This document shows positions 22,011 through 24,000 of a stretch of 24,000 nucleotides of DNA, in pieces. Source of the stretch: Candidatus Heimdallarchaeota archaeon (lineage in GTDB: Archaea > Asgardarchaeota > Heimdallarchaeia > Heimdallarchaeales > Kariarchaeaceae); contig WAKA01000148.1 in the NCBI GenBank assembly GCA_015523565.1, positions 1 through 24,000 of the forward strand, written 5' to 3'. Position 1 is the stretch's first letter; every line of letters begins with the position of its first letter. The position numbers were made by a program, and so were the translations under genes. Below the pieces are notes generated by a model. It saw only the letters and a list, made by a program, of their open reading frames with translations, did no database searches and was not told where the DNA came from.

Positions 22011-24000
22011 TCATGCGTCCAATCTGGAAACAACCAATTCCAGCAAATCAACAACTTGCAGATCTGCACCTGTATTTTTAATGCCATCTTCCAGCATTGC
22101 AGTGCAGAAGGGACAAGAGACGCCAATGAAATCGGCACCTGTGTCTGCGGCCATTGAAACCCTTGTTCTATTTATTTGTTCACCGCCTGCATCTTGTTCA
22201 AACCACATCCGACCACCGCCAGCACCACAACACATAGCCACATCCTTGTTCATGGACATTTCAACAAATTCAACACCGTCAAGATATTTGATGATTTCAC
22301 GGGGAGATGAATAAATGCCATTATGGCGACCAAGATAGCATGAGTCATGGTAGGTTAATTTGACAGTATCCCCTTTTTTCAGGGGAAGTTTACCGGTTCG
22401 CAACAATTTTGCGACGTAATCAGTTGCATGAATGACACGGTAGACGCCTCCAAAGTCAGGGAATTCATTTGCAAGAGTGTTGAAACAATGTGGGCAAAAG
22501 GTGATGATTTCCTTGACATTATAGGAATTCAAAAGTTGAATATTTTCAGTAATTAATTCTTGTGCAAGAAATTCATTTCCAAGTCTCCTGACAGGGTCAC
22601 CAGTACATTTCTCTTCTTTACCCAAAATGGCAAAGTCAATGCCTGCGGCTTGCAGGATTTTCACAAGTGCAGTCGAAACCTTTTTTGCCCTTTCATCAAA
22701 AGACCCAGCACATCCTACCCAGAAAAGGATATCGGCATCTGGGTTTTCTTTCATCGTCTTGACACCCAAGCCTTCAGCCCATAAGTCCCTATCTGATTTC
22801 GAAATTCCCCAAGGGTTGGAATTTCTTTCAACATTGGTGAACATTTTGTCTATACCTGAGGGAAATTCACTTTGCATCAGTGTTTGTTCACGTCTCAGGT
22901 CAATAATCTTGTCAATATGCTCTATAAATAGTGGACAAGCAGTTTGACAGGCATTGCAGGTGGTGCATGCCCAAATAGTCTCTTTTGGAATGACCTCCCC
23001 TGTCAGATGCTTGTAGTGAATTTCTGCATCAGGATTTTCATAAGCAAAGGTGGCAACCTCAAGAAGGTTTTCACGCAAGTCCAAGATCAAGGATTTTGGA
23101 GACAGCGGTTGACCATTGATATATGCGGGACAGACTTCTTGACATCGTCCACAACCAGTACAACTATAGAGGTCAAGCATTTGTTTCCATGTAAAATCCT
23201 CTATTTTTGAAACACCATATTCCTCTATTGTTTCATCCTCAAAGTCCAAAGGAACTAATCGTCCCGAAGGTTTCAGATTTCTGAAAAATACGTTGAAAGG
23301 AGCAGAGACAATGTGAAAATGCTTGGATGGATAAAACCTTGGTACGCGAATCTGAGTGCCAAAAATGTAAATCAAGAAGAGCAAGACAGAGAGTGAATGC
23401 CCCCACCAAAGCAGATTTTCCAAAACCTCTAGATCCCAACCAGTTGATACAAACCATTTCGCAATGGTCAATGCAATAGTTGGACCCAATTCAGAGCTGT
23501 TAAGGGAATGACCACGGTCAACAATCCATGGATGAACCCCACGAGCAAGTTCAGACGCTTCAAGCAAAACAGAAAAGCTTGCATGAATGGCGACTGCATA
23601 AATAATGATAAGGGCATCCCTGCGAAGCCCTGGACTTCCCTCCATCCGAACCGAATTTGTGTACCTTCTTGCCCAACCAAGTGCAAGGGCAATCATCAAG
23701 AAAAATATCATCCAATCCTCAAGCCAAAGAATGAAGTCGTATCCACTTCCAAGAAAGCTTAAAGAGAAATTGGGGAAGTATGCCCGAACAAAAACCTCCC
23801 CTGCAACAATATTGATTGCGATAAACGCATAAAAAATGACAAAATGCCCAAGTCCTGCAGGATGGCGAAGTAACCTTCTTTGTCCGAAAACATAAACAAG
23901 GACGCTTCTAATCCGTTCACCAAAATCACCCCATCTCTCAGGAGCGGGCTTTCCACGTTTCATTTGCTTGTATAGTTGATACAATGCCTGAAAGGTGAAA
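22011..24000 (-). CDS. Membrane-anchored HdrD/DsrK/GlpC-type Fe-S oxidoreductase (N-terminal multi-TM, NarI/DsrM-like domain fused to a 2x[4Fe-4S] plus 2xCCG domain); probably 5'-partial
   Basis: Ferredoxin motifs CTGCGRCQEVCP and CTTCNACQTACP. Two CCG domains (GCAG...CTGD...CPHC and SCYLG...CCGAGGG...CPFC). The N-terminal ~230 aa carry 5-6 hydrophobic helices with conserved His. The frame stays open upstream of the TTG at 23984 to the window edge, so the true start may lie outside the window. Confidence 0.85.
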   Translation of the reverse strand, partial: FTFQALYQLYKQMKRGKPAPERWGDFGERIRSVLVYVFGQRRLLRHPAGLGHFVIFYAFIAINIVAGEVFVRAYFPNFSLSFLGSGYDFILWLEDWMIFFLMIALALGWARRYTNSVRMEGSPGLRRDALIIIYAVAIHASFSVLLEASELARGVHPWIVDRGHSLNSSELGPTIALTIAKWFVSTGWDLEVLENLLWWGHSLSVLLFLIYIFGTQIRVPRFYPSKHFHIVSAPFNVFFRNLKPSGRLVPLDFEDETIEEYGVSKIEDFTWKQMLDLYSCTGCGRCQEVCPAYINGQPLSPKSLILDLRENLLEVATFAYENPDAEIHYKHLTGEVIPKETIWACTTCNACQTACPLFIEHIDKIIDLRREQTLMQSEFPSGIDKMFTNVERNSNPWGISKSDRDLWAEGLGVKTMKENPDADILFWVGCAGSFDERAKKVSTALVKILQAAGIDFAILGKEEKCTGDPVRRLGNEFLAQELITENIQLLNSYNVKEIITFCPHCFNTLANEFPDFGGVYRVIHATDYVAKLLRTGKLPLKKGDTVKLTYHDSCYLGRHNGIYSSPREIIKYLDGVEFVEMSMNKDVAMCCGAGGGRMWFEQDAGGEQINRTRVSMAADTGADFIGVSCPFCTAMLEDGIKNTGADLQVVDLLELVVSRLDA

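Noticed and set aside
1-24000. CRISPR arrays, rRNA genes, IS elements and known defence operons
   Set aside because: On reading both strands I saw no regularly spaced direct repeats with unique spacers, no rRNA-like conserved stretches and no transposase or integrase motifs.

Overview
This looks like an archaeal chromosomal fragment of roughly 40-45% GC, judged by eye and a few hand counts. The archaeal hallmarks are an intron-containing tRNA-Pro, RNA polymerase subunit D/Rpo3, r-proteins L18e-L13-S9, an eL38-like protein and a GPN-loop GTPase. A/T-rich TATA boxes sit 20-55 nt upstream of starts, and several starts have GGTGA-type Shine-Dalgarno-like sites. Two separate Roadblock/LC7 genes lie next to two different GTPases (GPN-loop and MglA/Arf-like). 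That content is reminiscent of Asgard-type archaea, but the lineage cannot be fixed from this window. The housekeeping blocks are 1-3434 and 10749-24000. The first holds a partial oxidoreductase-like CDS, Roadblock, the GPN GTPase, UppS and a hypothetical. The second holds an amidohydrolase, PPDK, a coiled-coil protein, the MglA-like GTPase, Roadblock, eL38, a small membrane protein, RpoD, L18e, L13, S9, RtcA, a two-CW Cys-rich protein and a membrane HdrD/DsrK-like Fe-S oxidoreductase. Between them lies a ~7.3-kb accessory region (about 3435-10748) with the most unusual content. It contains a 1149-aa ORF in which I recognise no domain, next to tRNA-Pro(GGG). Both sit inside a 4487-bp segment bracketed by ~290-bp inverted repeats with a 101-bp perfect core. 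The repeat arms are the 3' ends of two frameshifted, 5'-truncated paralogues of that same large gene. I cannot assign a function. This locus is the best candidate for an undescribed, possibly mobile or recombination-prone, system. I recognised no CRISPR array, rRNA, transposase, integrase or known defence gene.
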